A DNA stretch of 64,000 bases from Octopus vulgaris (taxonomy: Eukaryota), in contig OX597822.1 of NCBI GenBank assembly GCA_951406725.2, positions 75,640,001-75,704,000 on the forward strand, in the 5' to 3' direction. Shown here piece after piece: positions 1 through 14,400 of the stretch. Every line of letters begins with the position of its first letter. Position 1 is the first letter of the stretch. The notes below the pieces were generated by a model. The model was not told the DNA's origin. It ran no database searches and saw nothing but the letters and a program-made list of their open reading frames with translations. A program made the position numbers and the translations under genes.

Positions 1-667
1 CAGTTAACAAATTGTGTGGGATTTATGAAAGCATATCCTATTACAGTGTTTAGAATAAACAATTGATAACTGGAGAATAAATACTACTTTTGAACTAAAA
101 CATATGGTAGTTTGATCTTTGGTAACCGATAAATAAATTGACCATAATGTCTTCTCTGTACTAATAGTGGTACCAACATTTGGAATGCTTGATTAGATAC
201 TTAAAGAGATCCGAACTTTAGATATAAAACGGAAAACATACATAAAACTAATAAGTGACATCATAAACTTCCACATCAATAACGATGCTTGCTGAACGAT
301 GCTTGCTGAAACAAAGTAAAAACAATTCAGAAATGATATAACAACAGTTCAGACAGTATTTAAATTGTTTGAATACTGTGTTTGATCCTTAGACATGACG
401 TAATGACCAAAATGGCGTTGTTATTTATTTGATGTAAATTTTGTATAGTATATATAAGCAGAACAGATTACTGGAAAAGCATTAAAAAGAAACTGTGTTC
501 ACCTTTATCAAATTCAAGGAAGCCGAGGTCGTGTACAAAAACTTTGGAGGTGCCATGTGAAAGGTGCATCCTATGTAGTCTGCAATTAAGATGAACTGCT
601 ATAATCTGCCGCTGGCAGGAAAAATAGGGAGGATTCAATTCCTGATGATTTCCCTTGTGTAAATAGA

Positions 668-980
668 GGAGGCACAATGGCCCAGTGGTTAGGGCAGTGG
701 ACTCGCGGTCGGAGGATCGCGATTTCGATTCCAAGACCGGGCGTTGTGTGTGTTTACTGAGCGAAAACACCTAAAGCTCCCCGAGGCTCCGGCAGGGGTG
801 GTGGCGACCCCTGTTGTACTCTTTCTCTCCAACTTTCTCTCACTCTTTCTTCCTGTTTTTTTAGTTACGCTGCGATGGACTGGCGTCCCGTCTAGCTCGG
901 GGGAACACATACGCCATAGAAACCGGGAAACCGGACCCACGAGCCTGGTTAGGCTTCAAAAGGGCGCATAAATAAATAAA
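668..980 (+). mobile_element. tRNA-derived SINE, family A (octopus OR-like head), tail variant 2
   Basis: Head GGAGGCACAATGGCCCAGTGGTTAGGGCAG (A box) ... TTTCGATTCC (B box), shared with 38809 and 43930; ends in (TAAA)n; tail matches the 28154 copy. Confidence 0.85.
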
Positions 981-2036
981 AAAGATATAAAGGACAGCGG
1001 GTAACACTTTGTGCGGATATTTAAAAGCATATATTGTCTTACAGAGAAACGGCTGTACCTAAGATGATTTCTGGGGGTCTCTAGAACTTGAATGAGGAAT
1101 ATAGCATGTTATCTTTTGACCTGATACCTCATATGATAGTTTGCAATAGAGAAGACATCACTAGGTACCCAACAATTGGATGTTGGATCTGAACCGGGCT
1201 GCGGATTAAGTGTATCAACGAAGGATGGGGATAACTCTTCCGAAGATTTTTCACAGTTTTACCCTACCAAATTTCAATCAAAAGATGTTGGCCTTGCCAA
1301 AGCTGTAGTGCATGTCATTTATTCATAAAAGATGCACACAAGTTTTCCGAGCCAAAATCATGTTGTTGCGAGTCAGATTTGTAAAACATGCCATAATCTC
1401 TGCACCCATAGCTTGTGAAAGATTCAAATTACATAGGATAAAACGTGGAGCTATAGACATGTATGGTAAAGAATTGGGCGGGAATGGTTTAGTGTTTAGC
1501 AGTTCGGAATAGCAGAAATGATTGAGGATTGGGTAGACTGATGATGCATAAAGTCAGTGTTCAAATATATGGAGCGTGTTTCTGAACGCTGTAATATGTT
1601 TGGTTGCATGACAGCTTGGTAACTTCGATAAATGAACTGTGTACGAAGAGGAATTGAACAATTGTCTAGGAAAGGATCTGTAGATATTCAGAACGGAAGC
1701 CGATTCTAGCTGTTAGAAAACAGATCTAGTCTTTAGGAAGCATTTCTGACCATGTTATATATCTGTGGCCTTTATAGACTCTCAGAAACAACGAGGTCTC
1801 TGTGCGGAAAGTTGACCTGCTGAAATTAACAGTCAAATCGTATGTGTGTGGTGTCTTTCTGACTCTATATCCCTCACCCCACCCACGCACCACCACTTCA
1901 GAAGAGGACCGGCGTTAGTTTGTTTATGCCCCGAATTTAGAGGTTCGGCCTAAGACCTCCGATAGAGTAAGCACCAGACTTGAATGAAAATAAAACAAAA
2001 AAAGAGCAAAATAGAAAGCAAAAACAAAAATACACA

Positions 2037-2460
2037 AGGCGTAGGAGTGGCTGTGTGGTAAGTAGCTTGCTTACGAACCGCATGGTTCCGGGTTCAGACC
2101 CACTGCGTGGCACCTTGGGCAAGTGTCTTCTACTATGGCCTCGGGCCGACCAAAGCCTTGTGAGTGCATTTGGTAAACAGAAACTGAAAAAAGCCCGTCG
2201 TATATATGTATATAAATATGTGTGTGTATATGGTTGTGTGTCTGTGTTTGTCCACGCAACGTCGCTTGAGAACCGATGGTGGTGTGTTTATGTCCCCGTA
2301 ACTTAGCGGTTCGGCAAAAGAGACCGATATGATAAGTTCTAGCCTTACAAAGAATAAGTCCTGGGGTCGATTTCCTCTACTAAAGGCGGTGCTCCAGCAT
2401 GGCCACAGTCAAATGACTGAAACAAGTAAAAGAGTAAAAAAGAGTAAAAGAGTAAGTACT
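2037..2460 (+). mobile_element. tRNA-derived SINE, family B
   Basis: GGCGTAGGAGTGGCTGTGTGGTAAG head, CACCTTGGGCAAGTGTCTTC core, internal TA/TG tract, tail CAGCATGGCCACAGTCAAATGACTGAAACAAGTAAAAGAG; more than 10 copies in window. Confidence 0.85.
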
Positions 2461-2831
2461 GGGGGCGAAGATCGATATTTTTTGGTCGCAGGGAAAATGA
2501 CTGAAACAAGTAAAAGATAAAAACAGCAGAGGATGAGAGTTAATACTTGTCAAAATTTCCAAGTAGCATGGTAGGATACGAAGATTATTTTCAAGTTTAT
2601 CTTTCAAGTGAAAGATAAACGTTAGCGAAAATGACGTCACTTAGTATACGAGACAAATGTTTTTCTATATTTATGTTGCTTCTATTCCTCAAAGCACTGC
2701 CGCAATACAGGTAACGTATCACAATGCATACAATATATCCACACAGAAGCTGATATATAATACCATATATGTTTGCCATCGCCGGAAGACGTATTTTACA
2801 TACTTTGATATCAACAAGTAAAAATCAATAC

Positions 2832-2890
<59 letters not shown>

Positions 2891-2941
2891 TGTGTGTGTG
2901 TGTGTGTTTATGTGTATAGATACATAAATATATGAACATCG

Positions 2942-3118
2942 TGGAACTCCGTCGGTTACGAAGACGAGGGTTCCAGTTGATCCGATCAACAGAACAACCT
3001 GCTCGTGAAATTAACATGCAAGTAACTGAGCACTCCACAGATACGGGTACCCTTAACGTAGTTCTCGGGGAGATTCAGCGTGACACAGAGTGTGACAAGG
3101 CCGGCCCTTTGAAATACA
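2942..3118 (-). mobile_element. SINE family A, 3' tail fragment
   Basis: Reverse complement of the 39013-39189 tail. Confidence 0.8.
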
Positions 3119-3789
3119 TTTACAAGAGAAACAGGATAGATGAGATTGAAAATGCACTGAGAGCCCTTTTACAGATTTATTCAATTTTTAACCGGTTTCA
3201 CAGATTTTTCTGATTTTCAATCGTTGACATAGAAAGACACAAGGCTATACCACAACTTCTTTGCTTCTAACTGGATTTCGAAAACGCACTTTATTTTTAT
3301 GGAGAGAACATGGCTCATATTAGCATTCGTTTAGGATACAATTTGATTTGAAGGCAATGATCAGGTAATTAGACCTAGAATGTTGACTAAATTCCCCGCT
3401 ATGTCCAATCGTTAACGTCATGTGACAATAGTTATTGAGCTGAAAGTTAAAACTGTGATGGCTGAGTGAACATATCTAGTGGCAGTCCCAGACAATCAAG
3501 GCTCTCTAAATTTAATCTTTCAAGTGGTAGAGTGATAGGAATTGTTTGTATGTAGTCATTGAACTGTGTTAAGTTTCTTTTATTTTCTATGAGTTAGTGT
3601 TTGTGTAGCTTGTTTATGTTAATTTAGTCGTGGTTTGTATTTTTGTGTAAATATATTTTCTTTATTTATTCGTGTTTCAATAGTGGTATTATACATGTAA
3701 AGTTGGAAGACTTGGAATTTAAGGAACTTATCTGTCGTACATATGTCTAAGCAAGAACAGTAATTCAAAACTAAAAGTTGTCATGTTTC

Positions 3790-4467
3790 AGTGCCGTATG
3801 GGACATCATATGGATTGTCGGAAATCACATGTTTCTCTGGCTGTTGTGCAATTGATCCCGGCAGTTCTTTTCATTTGAGAAGAACCAGGTCATCCCCGGC
3901 TCAAAAGATGCCACAGGTGGTTCAGCAGCTTTTTTGCCTTCATCAAACTTTCCTCATTGGATTTTGTTGTCAGAATTTTACCCTTGCACCTCTTTCACGA
4001 GTGGTAGCTAAGGCTCTCATTTAGAGCTAGCTTCATGGTAGCGACTCTAACACCCACTTCAGTGGTCAAAACCTGCATTCTCTTGCTCGGTTCTTCCATC
4101 ATATTGTCCTGAAATTGCTAGAGGAACTCCGGCGTGCAGATGCAGTCAGAATGCCTGCTGTGCTACCTCCTGCTGGGTACGGCTTCTTAGTATCCGTTGC
4201 AGCTGTCCATGTCATGTCTTACAGTCTTTACAGATCATTGAGCTGCAGTCACAAGGTCATCATTTTCATACGCAGCGAGAATCATTATGATATAGTTAAC
4301 TCCTTTTCAATAATCCTATGGCTTTCAGTCCTCTATGTCAGCTAACTTTTTTTCAACTACAGCTCGGATTTTTCTACCCTCCAAAGCCGTTGACGTTTTA
4401 CCGATACATCAAGGTGTTCCTGAAAAAAGGAGACAGCAAAATCGTTAAATTTTGCTCGAACACCCTG
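3790..4467 (-). mobile_element. Degenerate Tc1/mariner-superfamily transposon, 5' part with transposase relic
   Basis: Ends in GAACACCCTG|TA (TA-CAGGGTG terminus on - strand); interrupted minus-strand translation gives TPEFL..EEPSKRM..KAKKLLNHL..PGMTWFFSNEKN, resembling the (W)FFSDEK first-Asp motif; homologous to 15623 and 32590. Confidence 0.65.
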
Positions 4468-4494
4468 TATATGAATGAATATATATATAGAGTA

Positions 4495-4878
4495 CTAGCA
4501 GTATCGCCCGGCGTTGCTCAGGTTTGTAAGGGAAATAACTATAAAACATTTTTAGAGAGTTATAGCCAAAAAATAGCAAAAAAAATGGGAAAAAAATTAT
4601 GGTAAATTTTTTTGAGAGTTAAAAAAGGTGGAGTTGCGTCCCCTAGACGGTCTGTGGTTTGGGTTTCTGATTCTCGACCCCATGTCGAATTTATCGATTT
4701 TTTTCAGAACTGGGGGAACTTTTCAAAATTTTCGCTGCGTTAGTTTTGAATTATGACATTGGGCTATGTGTGTGTCAAGTTTCATCAGAATCGGTTGAAA
4801 GCCGTGGTCAGAGTGAGGGTACGAGAAAACAGACACACAGAAAACGCACAGACAAACTGCCGTTTATATAGAGAGAGA
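4495..4878 (-). mobile_element. Non-autonomous Helitron-like element
   Basis: On - strand starts A|TCTCTCTCTATATAAACGGCAG and ends in a GC-rich subterminal hairpin (GCAACGCCGGGC) then CTAG|T; no TSD; 5' end shared with 15028. Confidence 0.75.
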
Positions 4879-5449
4879 TAACTGGATAGTTAGACATATA
4901 TTGCTACACAGTTTTAAAATTTTCTTTCCATGACATTTTCGAATGCTACGAATTAAGATATATGTATATGCCACCTTATTCAAGAATGTGAGAATCATGG
5001 AGCACCCACACAAATGCAATATTTTATGCCATAGAAAATAAAAAGAAACAACTTTTACACAATGGTTTTTAATCTGGTAAATTTCTTTGTGCGTGGTCTA
5101 TGAATTTAGATATAAGAGCGTTGGAATGTAAAGAGAGATAAACTCCAATTAAAGGAATCATAAATCTGAAAATGGATACTGAAAATTTGTGTTCTCAAAC
5201 GGAATTAAAGCCCGTAAAAATCTGAATTCTGGAACAGTTGCTCACATTCAAAATTTTTTTGTTTCGAGGCATCTCCTATCGAAGCAATTATGAATGTAAA
5301 TATGCCTCTCTAGTGCACGCTCTTCCTTTACAGATGACGGGAATGTTTTTTTTGTTTTGGACTGGATTAGATTGCCCATGTTTGGTCACCTGTAGGGCGA
5401 AGGCTTCTGCATGTTCGCTCCACCAACCACGGTCTGAATGTCCGAAAAG

Positions 5450-5616
5450 ATAGGTTTTCGTCGGTAGTCAATAGTATTATCCAATCAATTCCATTAACTA
5501 CAAAAACTTATAACCTCCTGTGCCATCAGCTTTAAAATTTTTATTTGAATATCTACTAAATAGAAAAAAATATGAATGTGAGCAACAGTTCCAGAATTCA
5601 AACACACACACAGGCA

Positions 5617-5669
<53 letters not shown>

Positions 5670-6053
5670 AGAGAAGTTTACGGTGATTAGAAAACATGAA
5701 TTAGATAAAGGACTTATATACCTACATACATTCATACATACATATTATACACATATAGATTCTATATATATATAAATATATGTATGTATATATATATATA
5801 TATATGTATATGTATAGATATACGCACACACATACACACATACACATACGCGCACACACACTAATATATATATATACTATGCAAATATTCTTTTAAAAAA
5901 AACTTTTCTTTAATTTTTCCAAAATTAATTGTTTTCCATACTTACAGGTGAAAAAGTCCCAATGACTGAAACCAGTACTGAAATGTTTTTTATAAAATTA
6001 ATTTAGTATGTTCTATCTTGAATTTTATTTATATATATATATATATCTGTCTT

Positions 6054-6093
<40 letters not shown>

Positions 6094-6600
6094 GACACAT
6101 ATACACACGTTCACACGCACATACATATACTGCATGCATATTGTAAGTGTATGTAGCTAAAGTGTGTCATGAAGACTTAACATATCACTCATGTCTGTTT
6201 TCCACCAATCTCCTCTCCTTTTGGTTTCCCTTACACAATCACTTTTTTCACTTCCTGTTTCGTATAATTCCTTCATAATTATTTGAGATACCAATTTGCT
6301 TTTGCATAAAATTTCTCATGATTTCTTGATTTACATTCCTTTGCTTTAGAAATTCTTAATTTCTGAAGAAAGTTTTGTATGAAATCTTTCCGTTGCTGAA
6401 AATATTATAACTATTATCCTGTATCAATGCACTGTGATTCGTTTTATACAGTTTCATTCAACGTTATTGTACCCAATTTCTATGTTCAATATAGGTTTTC
6501 GTCGTTAGTCAATAGTATTATCCAATTGATTCCATTAGCTACAAAAGCTTATAACCTCCTGTGCCATCAGCTTTAAAAATTTATTTGAAGATCTACTAAA
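5450..6600. repeat. Local ~110-bp direct duplication (5450-5560 and 6491-6600)
   Basis: ATAGGTTTTCGTCG...CCTGTGCCATCAGCTTTAAAA...ATCTACTAAA occurs twice with few mismatches. Confidence 0.85.
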
Positions 6601-7211
6601 CAGTTACCATTGCACCATTTTAAAACATTCATAAACCATCATATTGTTCCAAAAGATCACTTCTGTCAGATCATCGGTTATGTCAAAGTCGAAGTGATGC
6701 TTTGTGAAGTTTTGTCGCTATGAGCGACAGAAGAATTATTAGCTTAAAAGTTCAAAAGGTGAAAATAGTAAACTGTGTACACACTTGAAGTTTATGCATC
6801 ACTGAAAGGTTGATAAACTGTGGTATTTGCCTTGAGATGGCATCTCTGACAGATACGTAGGGTTAAAATTACAAAAATACATCAGCTATTGATAATAGTT
6901 TGATACCATGGTTAAAATCGTGTTTCTGCTTTTTTGGGCTTCGTCAGTACCAAGTATCTACTAGCAACCAAATGTAAACCGCTAATTGCAAGATCAGTTT
7001 TAGTTTATATACATGATGCTTCCATACCTATTAGAATATATATGTATATTTTATACGTATGCATGTATATATATGTATATATTTCACTAGTTTTCTCCTC
7101 GTTTGTTTACGTATTTCACTCGTTTTTGTCCTGTAATTACTGTTTACGTTTTATATCTATCTCTCGTCTGTATGTTATTTGCAGTATTGGTGATGTCCTA
7201 TATAAATATAT

Positions 7212-7309
<98 letters not shown>

Positions 7310-8164
7310 TTATGTTAGTTTATTCATAATTTTTTTTACCATTATATTATCATATAGTGTCATTTATTATTGTTTCCTTGCGAGCTGTCCCCTTGCTACT
7401 TTTATTCATACTTATTTCCTTTCGCAGAAACAGACGACTCATAAATTCTTACAATATATTCTCACTTTTATTAATCTGTTTCTCTTAATCATAGCTTCTC
7501 TCCCATAAATCCTAATATCTTTCGATAAGTAAAAAAAAAAAAAAAGAAGATTATTTTCGTTGTAAAATAAAATTGATTCTTTCTGGGAAAAGGCTACCGA
7601 GAGAAGTAGATAGAGATGAGAATTTGTGAGACACCAGAATTTTACCAAATTTTTGTAGAAATGTCGGCAAATTCCGAAATATTCTGAGTGGAAAATCAAG
7701 CTGTCTTTTGTGACTTCTAGATGGCAATAACAGTTTCTCCCTCGATGCATAAAGAAGCAAGATTTTGTTCAAATTATAGTCTTAACAATGATATTCAGCT
7801 GATAGTCAATCTGACTCCGCTGATAGCGGGTGGCGACTGTATTTATATTGAGCAACAACAATAATATAGCGAGAGGAGATTACATGTGTAGGCAACGGCT
7901 GATTGCTTAAGAATTCAAAATTAATGTATTGCTTTTACCTTCGTTAGATTCTAATATACATTGTTCTTAAGAATACTAAGAGACTAAAACTTAAAAGCCT
8001 CAAACAAATTCATATGCAAATTCAACATCATATTACTTCTGCTGTTCTGATTTTATGCTGTGTTGGTCAATCGTTCGAGGTTCTACACGCTGTTGTATAT
8101 TGCTCCACTAGTTTTAATTTATCATACAGTTCCTCGGGATTCCTCATCAATATTTAGAAATACA

Positions 8165-8352
8165 GGCACAGGCATGGCAGTGTGGCAAGAAATTTCCTTT
8201 CCAGCTATATAGTTCCAGGATCAGTCCTACTCTGTGGCTCTTTGGGACAAGTGTCTTGTACTATAGGCCAGGCCTACCGCATGCTTGCAAGTAGATTTGC
8301 TGGACGGAAACTGAAAGGAGACCGTCATATACATATATATATATATATATGT

Positions 8353-8389
<37 letters not shown>

Positions 8390-8640
8390 GAGGCGCAATG
8401 GCCCCGTGGTTAGGGCAGCGAACTTGTGGTCAGGGGATGGCGATTTCGATTCCCAGACCGGGCATTGTGAGTGTTTATTGAGCGAAAAAATATATACACC
8501 AGACAAATAGAGGAAGTACTAGTCTTATGCGAAATAAGTACTGGGGTCGATTCGTTCGACTAGAAAATCTTCAAAGCCGTGCCCCAGCATGACCAGGGTC
8601 CAATGATTGCAACACATAAAAGATAAAGTATAAAGGAAAG
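8165..8640 (+). mobile_element. Degenerate SINE B interrupted by a SINE A head (8389-8488)
   Basis: Family B head, core and tail flank a family A tRNA head placed at the internal TG tract. Confidence 0.7.
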
Positions 8641-9012
8641 ATGGTACTTTATCTGTTTAATAATAGACAAGTTATATTTTAAAACTGAATTTTATTTCTA
8701 AAACTTATTAATTATATTTAAACTTTCGGTGTTTAATCCTATTTTTCTGTCTAAATATGATCGGCATTTAAAAAAAACAGAAAAACAAAAAGAAAAATTC
8801 CCAGTTTGGAGAACAATTTGATATTCTGTTTTCATGTATTAATTTCTTAAATCTTTTAATTGTTAAATATAATTAACAAGAGAAAATCAGCCCTGATTTA
8901 ATCTTGGAATATTTGATTTGTATAATGAGATTTTAAAACTTCCTCTCCACCACACCACACTTAACTTGAAATTCCATTGGAGACTTATAATCGGCCTAAC
9001 AATTATCCATTA

Positions 9013-9161
9013 GATGATGATGATGATGATGATGATGATGACGACGCTGATGAACATGATGATGATCATGATGATGTTGGAGTTCATGATGATGATGATT
9101 ATGACAATGACGATGATGATGACAATCATGACGATCGTCACGAGGATGATAACGATAACGC

Positions 9162-9193
<32 letters not shown>

Positions 9194-9351
9194 ATAATGA
9201 TGATGATAATTGTACTTAAGCTTTTCTGATAAGTATTATTAATTCATTAACTTAAGTTCCATTTAATTAAAATACTATAGTGGTTCCTGATCTAATGATC
9301 CTATAGTTTTCGCTAGATGATGACGATGATTATGATGATGATTACGATGTT

Positions 9352-9389
<38 letters not shown>

Positions 9390-9405
9390 CGACAACAATA
9401 ATAAT
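9013..9405. repeat. Compound trinucleotide microsatellite (GAT)n/(GCT)n/(AAC)n
   Basis: Direct inspection. Confidence 0.95.
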
Positions 9406-9950
9406 CACTTAATTTTAGAACAATTCATTAACTCATTCTTTTTATTTGCTGTATTCTGTGGTTTACGGTTGCCGACTTTAGTGCAATCTTTTTTTTTAGT
9501 ATTTTTACGTTACACATTAACCTATTTTTCGTTAAGCTTCACATATACAGCTATGCTAAATCGAACAGTTCATTCTGTGTTTCTTCAGTGCATTTCGTAT
9601 TTCCTTTCACTTATGTACACCTGTTCATATATATATATACATATATAATATCTATATATAACTGCTCGAAATAGGAGAGTAGAAAAACAGCCAAAAACTG
9701 ATGAATGGTAGTTTTCTATGTTGTTTGTCTTGTTTTCCATTTGTGTCTTTCGTTGTTCGAAAAAAAAGTTCATATTCCATGTACTTGTACTTCGTATCTT
9801 TTTTGTTGTTCACGTTTCGTGACTCCTATGCCTACATATGCATATATAAATACGTTTAGGTGTATGCACATATATACGTATGTATATATAAATATACATA
9901 TATATATGTATATATATATGTATGTATATATACATATATATATACGTATG

Positions 9951-10402
9951 TTGCCCTAACCACTGGGCCATTGCGCCTCCGGGGCAAAAGAGTACAACAG
10001 GGATCGCCACCACCCCCTGCTGGAGCCTCATGGAGCTTTAGGTGTTTTCGCTCAATAAACACTCACAAGGCCCGGTCTGGGAATCGAAACCGTGATCCTC
10101 CGACTGCGAGTCCGCTGCCCTAACCACTGGGCCATTGCGCCTCCGGCAGGGATGGTGGTGGTCCCTGCTGTACTCTTTCATCACAACTTTCTCTCACTCC
10201 TACTTCCTGTTTCTGTTGTACCTGTATTTCAAAGGGCCGGCCTTGTCACTCTCTGTGTCACGCTGAATATCCCCGAGAACTACGTTAAGGGTACACGTGT
10301 CTGTGGAGTGCTCAGCCACTTACACATTAATTTCACGAGCAGGCTGTTCCGTTGATCGGATCAACCGGAACCCTCATCGTCGTAACCGACGGAGTGCTTC
10401 CA
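9951..10402. mobile_element. SINE A with inverted 5' half
   Basis: Head on - strand (about 9985-10144) joined at CTCC to + strand body and tail (10141-10402); extra head stub at 9952-9980. Confidence 0.8.
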
Positions 10403-10434
10403 CATATACGTATGTATATATATATATATATATA

Positions 10435-10674
10435 TATTTTCTTTTACTTTGTACTTCATTCAGTCATCTGACTGTAGCAATGCTGGAGCACCGCCTTTAG
10501 TCGAGCAAATCGGCCCCCAAGACTTATTCTTTGTAAGCCTAGTACTTATTCTATCGGCCCATTTTGCCCAACCGCTAAGTTACGGGGGCGTAAACACACC
10601 AGCATCTGTGGTCAAGTGATGGTGTGGAGACAAACACAGACACACAAGCATACACACACACCCATCCACCCACC

Positions 10675-10737
<63 letters not shown>

Positions 10738-10875
10738 GACGGGTTTCTTTCAGTTTCAGTCTACCAGATCCACTCACATGGCTTTAGTCAGGTCAAGGCT
10801 ATGGTAGAAGATACTTGCCTAAGGTGCCAGCAGTGGCACTGAACCCAGAAACAGGTTGCTGGTAAGCAAGCTTAC
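10435..10875 (-). mobile_element. SINE family B
   Basis: Reverse complement of the family B pattern. Confidence 0.8.
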
Positions 10876-10902
10876 GCACACACACACACACACACACACA
10901 CT

Positions 10903-11264
10903 AATATGTTGGCATTGAAAGCTACACAAATGCCAGAACGGATCGCCACTGCCCAGTGCCAAAAATCCCAGCAATACTATCGCGCTTCAGGACCAGTTAC
11001 TGCAAACTCCCGGATTTCAGGGGCCCACACCGTTTTAATATTCCTTGAAAGAGTGCGATGGACCTACACAAAGCGGATGTAGCTGTTTTCAAATCAAAAC
11101 TGGATCTCTTCCTATCGAGAGGCCCAGATGTGCCTATTTCACGGCAGGAGACGCAAATGAGAGTAGCGACATCAAAACTCCCATACTCACCAAATGCCAC
11201 ATATCAGAGGAGTCTCTGAGTGATTATTGTTTTTAAAAAACGGTGGTGCCTCAGCATGGCCACA
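10903..11264 (+). pseudogene. 3' end relic of a CR1/L2-group LINE ORF2 with 3' UTR
   Basis: Frameshifted translation RTDRHCPVPKIP...GP..FN....DLHKADVAVFKSKLDLFLSRGPDVP matches the GP.LFN.LP...FK.KLD.FL..VPD.P C-terminus typical of these LINEs. Confidence 0.65.
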
Positions 11265-11297
11265 TATAAACACATATAATATATATATTTCTATATA

Positions 11298-11330
<33 letters not shown>

Positions 11331-11376
11331 TTACATATTTATTTACTTATACATATATACGTTTATATATATATAC

Positions 11377-11438
<62 letters not shown>

Positions 11439-11689
11439 GCATATATTAGCTATAGTTATATATATATATATATATATATGGTTATCAGTAATAATATAGG
11501 GTGAAATTAATTAATTTGGAATAATCATTAATTACACCAAGTAGATTTCGGCATGTAAAAGCCTCATTCGAGGAAAGTTTAAGTAATACTAAGTAATTAA
11601 GGGTTTAGCAACGAATTGCCTCACCACACACCGAATTTAGAAATAGCAGTCAAAGAGTTATAGCTATTCTTTCTACTAAAAGGGGGATC

Positions 11690-11759
<70 letters not shown>

Positions 11760-12047
11760 TCTTTTCACAGTGAAAGCAATGCCAGATAAGATCATTACCG
11801 TGGCAATATAATTTAATAGCGATGTGGCCATTCAGAACGCTTTATGTATTTCGTAGAACAATTATTTATTCAGTTCTCATTTTATTTCGGTGGAAGCCTT
11901 GGAACACACATGCATGGGAATGTCTGTAATATATATATATATATATATATAAAAAACACACACACATACATACACACACACGCGCGCGCACATACATATT
12001 TACACAGACACGCATATTACACACATATCTATTACTTATCCACATAT

Positions 12048-12089
<42 letters not shown>

Positions 12090-12136
12090 TCTCTTACTGT
12101 CTCCTCTCTTCTATGTCGCACATATTCCTATCCTCA

Positions 12137-12167
<31 letters not shown>

Positions 12168-12282
12168 ACTCCCTCTTTCTCTCCGAATGTTTCTCCATCT
12201 CCCGCTTTCTCACTCTCTCTCTCATGTCTAAACCAAAATTATATATATTTCTTTTATTTACGATATATATATACTCTTTACT

Positions 12283-12489
12283 CTTTACTCTTTTACTTGT
12301 TTCAGTAATTTGACTGCGGCCATGCTGAAGCACCGCCTTTAATCGAGCAAATCGACCCCAGGACTTATTCTTTTGTAAGCCCAGTACTTATTTTATCGGT
12401 CTCTTTTGCCGAACCGCTAAGTAACGGGGACATAAACACACCAGCATCGGTTGTCAAGCAATGCTAGGGGGACAAACACAGACACACAA

Positions 12490-12561
<72 letters not shown>

Positions 12562-12724
12562 GACAGGCTTCTTTCAGTTTCCGTCTACCAAATCCACTCA
12601 CAAGGCTTTGATCGGCCCGAGGCTATAGTAGAAGACACTTGCCCAAGGTGCCACGCAGTGGGACTGAACCCAGAACCATATGGTTGGTAAACAAGCTACT
12701 AACCACACAGCCACTCCTGCGCCT

Positions 12725-12725
<1 letters not shown>
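12283..12725 (-). mobile_element. SINE family B, full length
   Basis: Complete head-core-tail on - strand. Confidence 0.85.
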
Positions 12726-12759
<34 letters not shown>

Positions 12760-13322
12760 GTATACACACACACATTCACACACATATGCGAATATGTACA
12801 CACGCGCGCTCACACACGTAATGTTTATAAGAAAAGTTACAGTATTTGTACAGAACAGCAATGTGTGAATTCTACTTAACATGAATGTACTGTAAGAACG
12901 CAACTATACTGCGGTATTCGTCTTGAGAAGTCATCTCCGTAGATGTATAGTGTTAAAAAGCAAGGTATAATATATAAAAAGCAGACAAAATAAAATTTCC
13001 AGCAACGGTGGTCTAACTGCAAGATCGCGTTATTTCTGCGTATTTACGCGTCATTACCAGCAGGTATTTCTTTTCACAGCATGCTACCTAATCTTCATTT
13101 CTACTGAAAGATTTTAACAGTAACGAATCGATCACAGGTGGAGCAAGTTGCTGGCGAGCTGAATGAAAGTTAGTTATTGGCCACAGATAGTAGTGGTAGT
13201 GCGCGAATAGTAATCTATAAGAACGTGATGTTGTGGTATTATGACATTCATAAAATACATCAATGTACAGCAATTTATATTGATTCTTGCTACTCCTTGT
13301 GTTTTTACTAAAAACACACACA

Positions 13323-13380
<58 letters not shown>

Positions 13381-14113
13381 AACACACACACACACAAATG
13401 CGCACAAACATGTATGTTATGGTTTCGCGTAGTCATAACGGTACTAATAAACAGCTGTTGGAAAAACAAATACAGCATGGCCGCAGTCAAATGATTGAAA
13501 CAAGTAAAAGAATAAAAGAATATATTTTTCAGGAAGAGTTAAGCGGGTATAGACAGTAATATAAATACTTGAATGACAAGGGAACGGGTATTATATAATC
13601 AACTTCAAAATCTTACAGTTGTTTCTGTCAAGGGATGCAGTGTACTCAGAAATGAAGACCTGTGCAACATCCTATAGCTTCCACGGAGCCACAAATAAAT
13701 CCAAGAAAGTTATACGAAACTATATATACAGGCATAGTCACAATAATACCATCAAGCACGCAGGCATTTAATATCTGGAAACACGCAATAATTCTTGCTT
13801 GAAACATTGAAACTCGAAGCGGTAAAGCTACAAGTAATGGCGCGGGTTGGAACTCATTTGGTTAGAAAAACCGGACAGCTTTGATCTTTTACACACATGC
13901 ATATGTGACATAAATCCGAGTTTACGTTTCATGTGTTTACAAGCAAAAATTCATATGTACACATACACATGCTCACACACACACATACACACGCACGCAC
14001 GCACAAACACACACATACCCACACTCACACTCGCTCATATGCTTAAGATTGAATATATATGTATACGTATATGTACGTGTATACATACATTTATATATAT
14101 ATGTGTGTGTGTG

Positions 14114-14154
<41 letters not shown>

Positions 14155-14191
14155 GCAAATACACACAAGTATGTATATTCTTTGTGTGTGA

Positions 14192-14238
<47 letters not shown>

Positions 14239-14336
14239 TATATATGTATATATATATATATACATATATATATGTATATATATAAATATATACATATATA
14301 TATATTATATATATGTATATATATATATATACATAC

Positions 14337-14400
<64 letters not shown>

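Noticed and set aside
470-1230. Possible decayed LINE RT around the first SINE
   Set aside because: Only vague motif echoes; no continuous alignment can be supported
5945-5980. Hammerhead-like CAG-GTGAAAA-AGTC(CCAAT)GACT-GAAA-CCAGT-A-CTG
   Set aside because: Core has two substitutions, and the 3' half also matches the SINE B tail hairpin AGTCAAATGACTGAAACAAGTA; ambiguous
6909-6952. Minus-strand CTGACGA-A-GC..GC-A-GAAAC motif
   Set aside because: Stem II only 2 bp and stems I and III poorly paired; could be chance
8977-9229. Poly-Asp and poly-Met ORFs
   Set aside because: GAT microsatellite; no splice or domain evidence
11533-11577. Minus-strand CGAATGA-GGC..GCC-GAAA in a TA-flanked insert
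   Set aside because: Core deviates from CUGANGA and stems I and III do not pair convincingly
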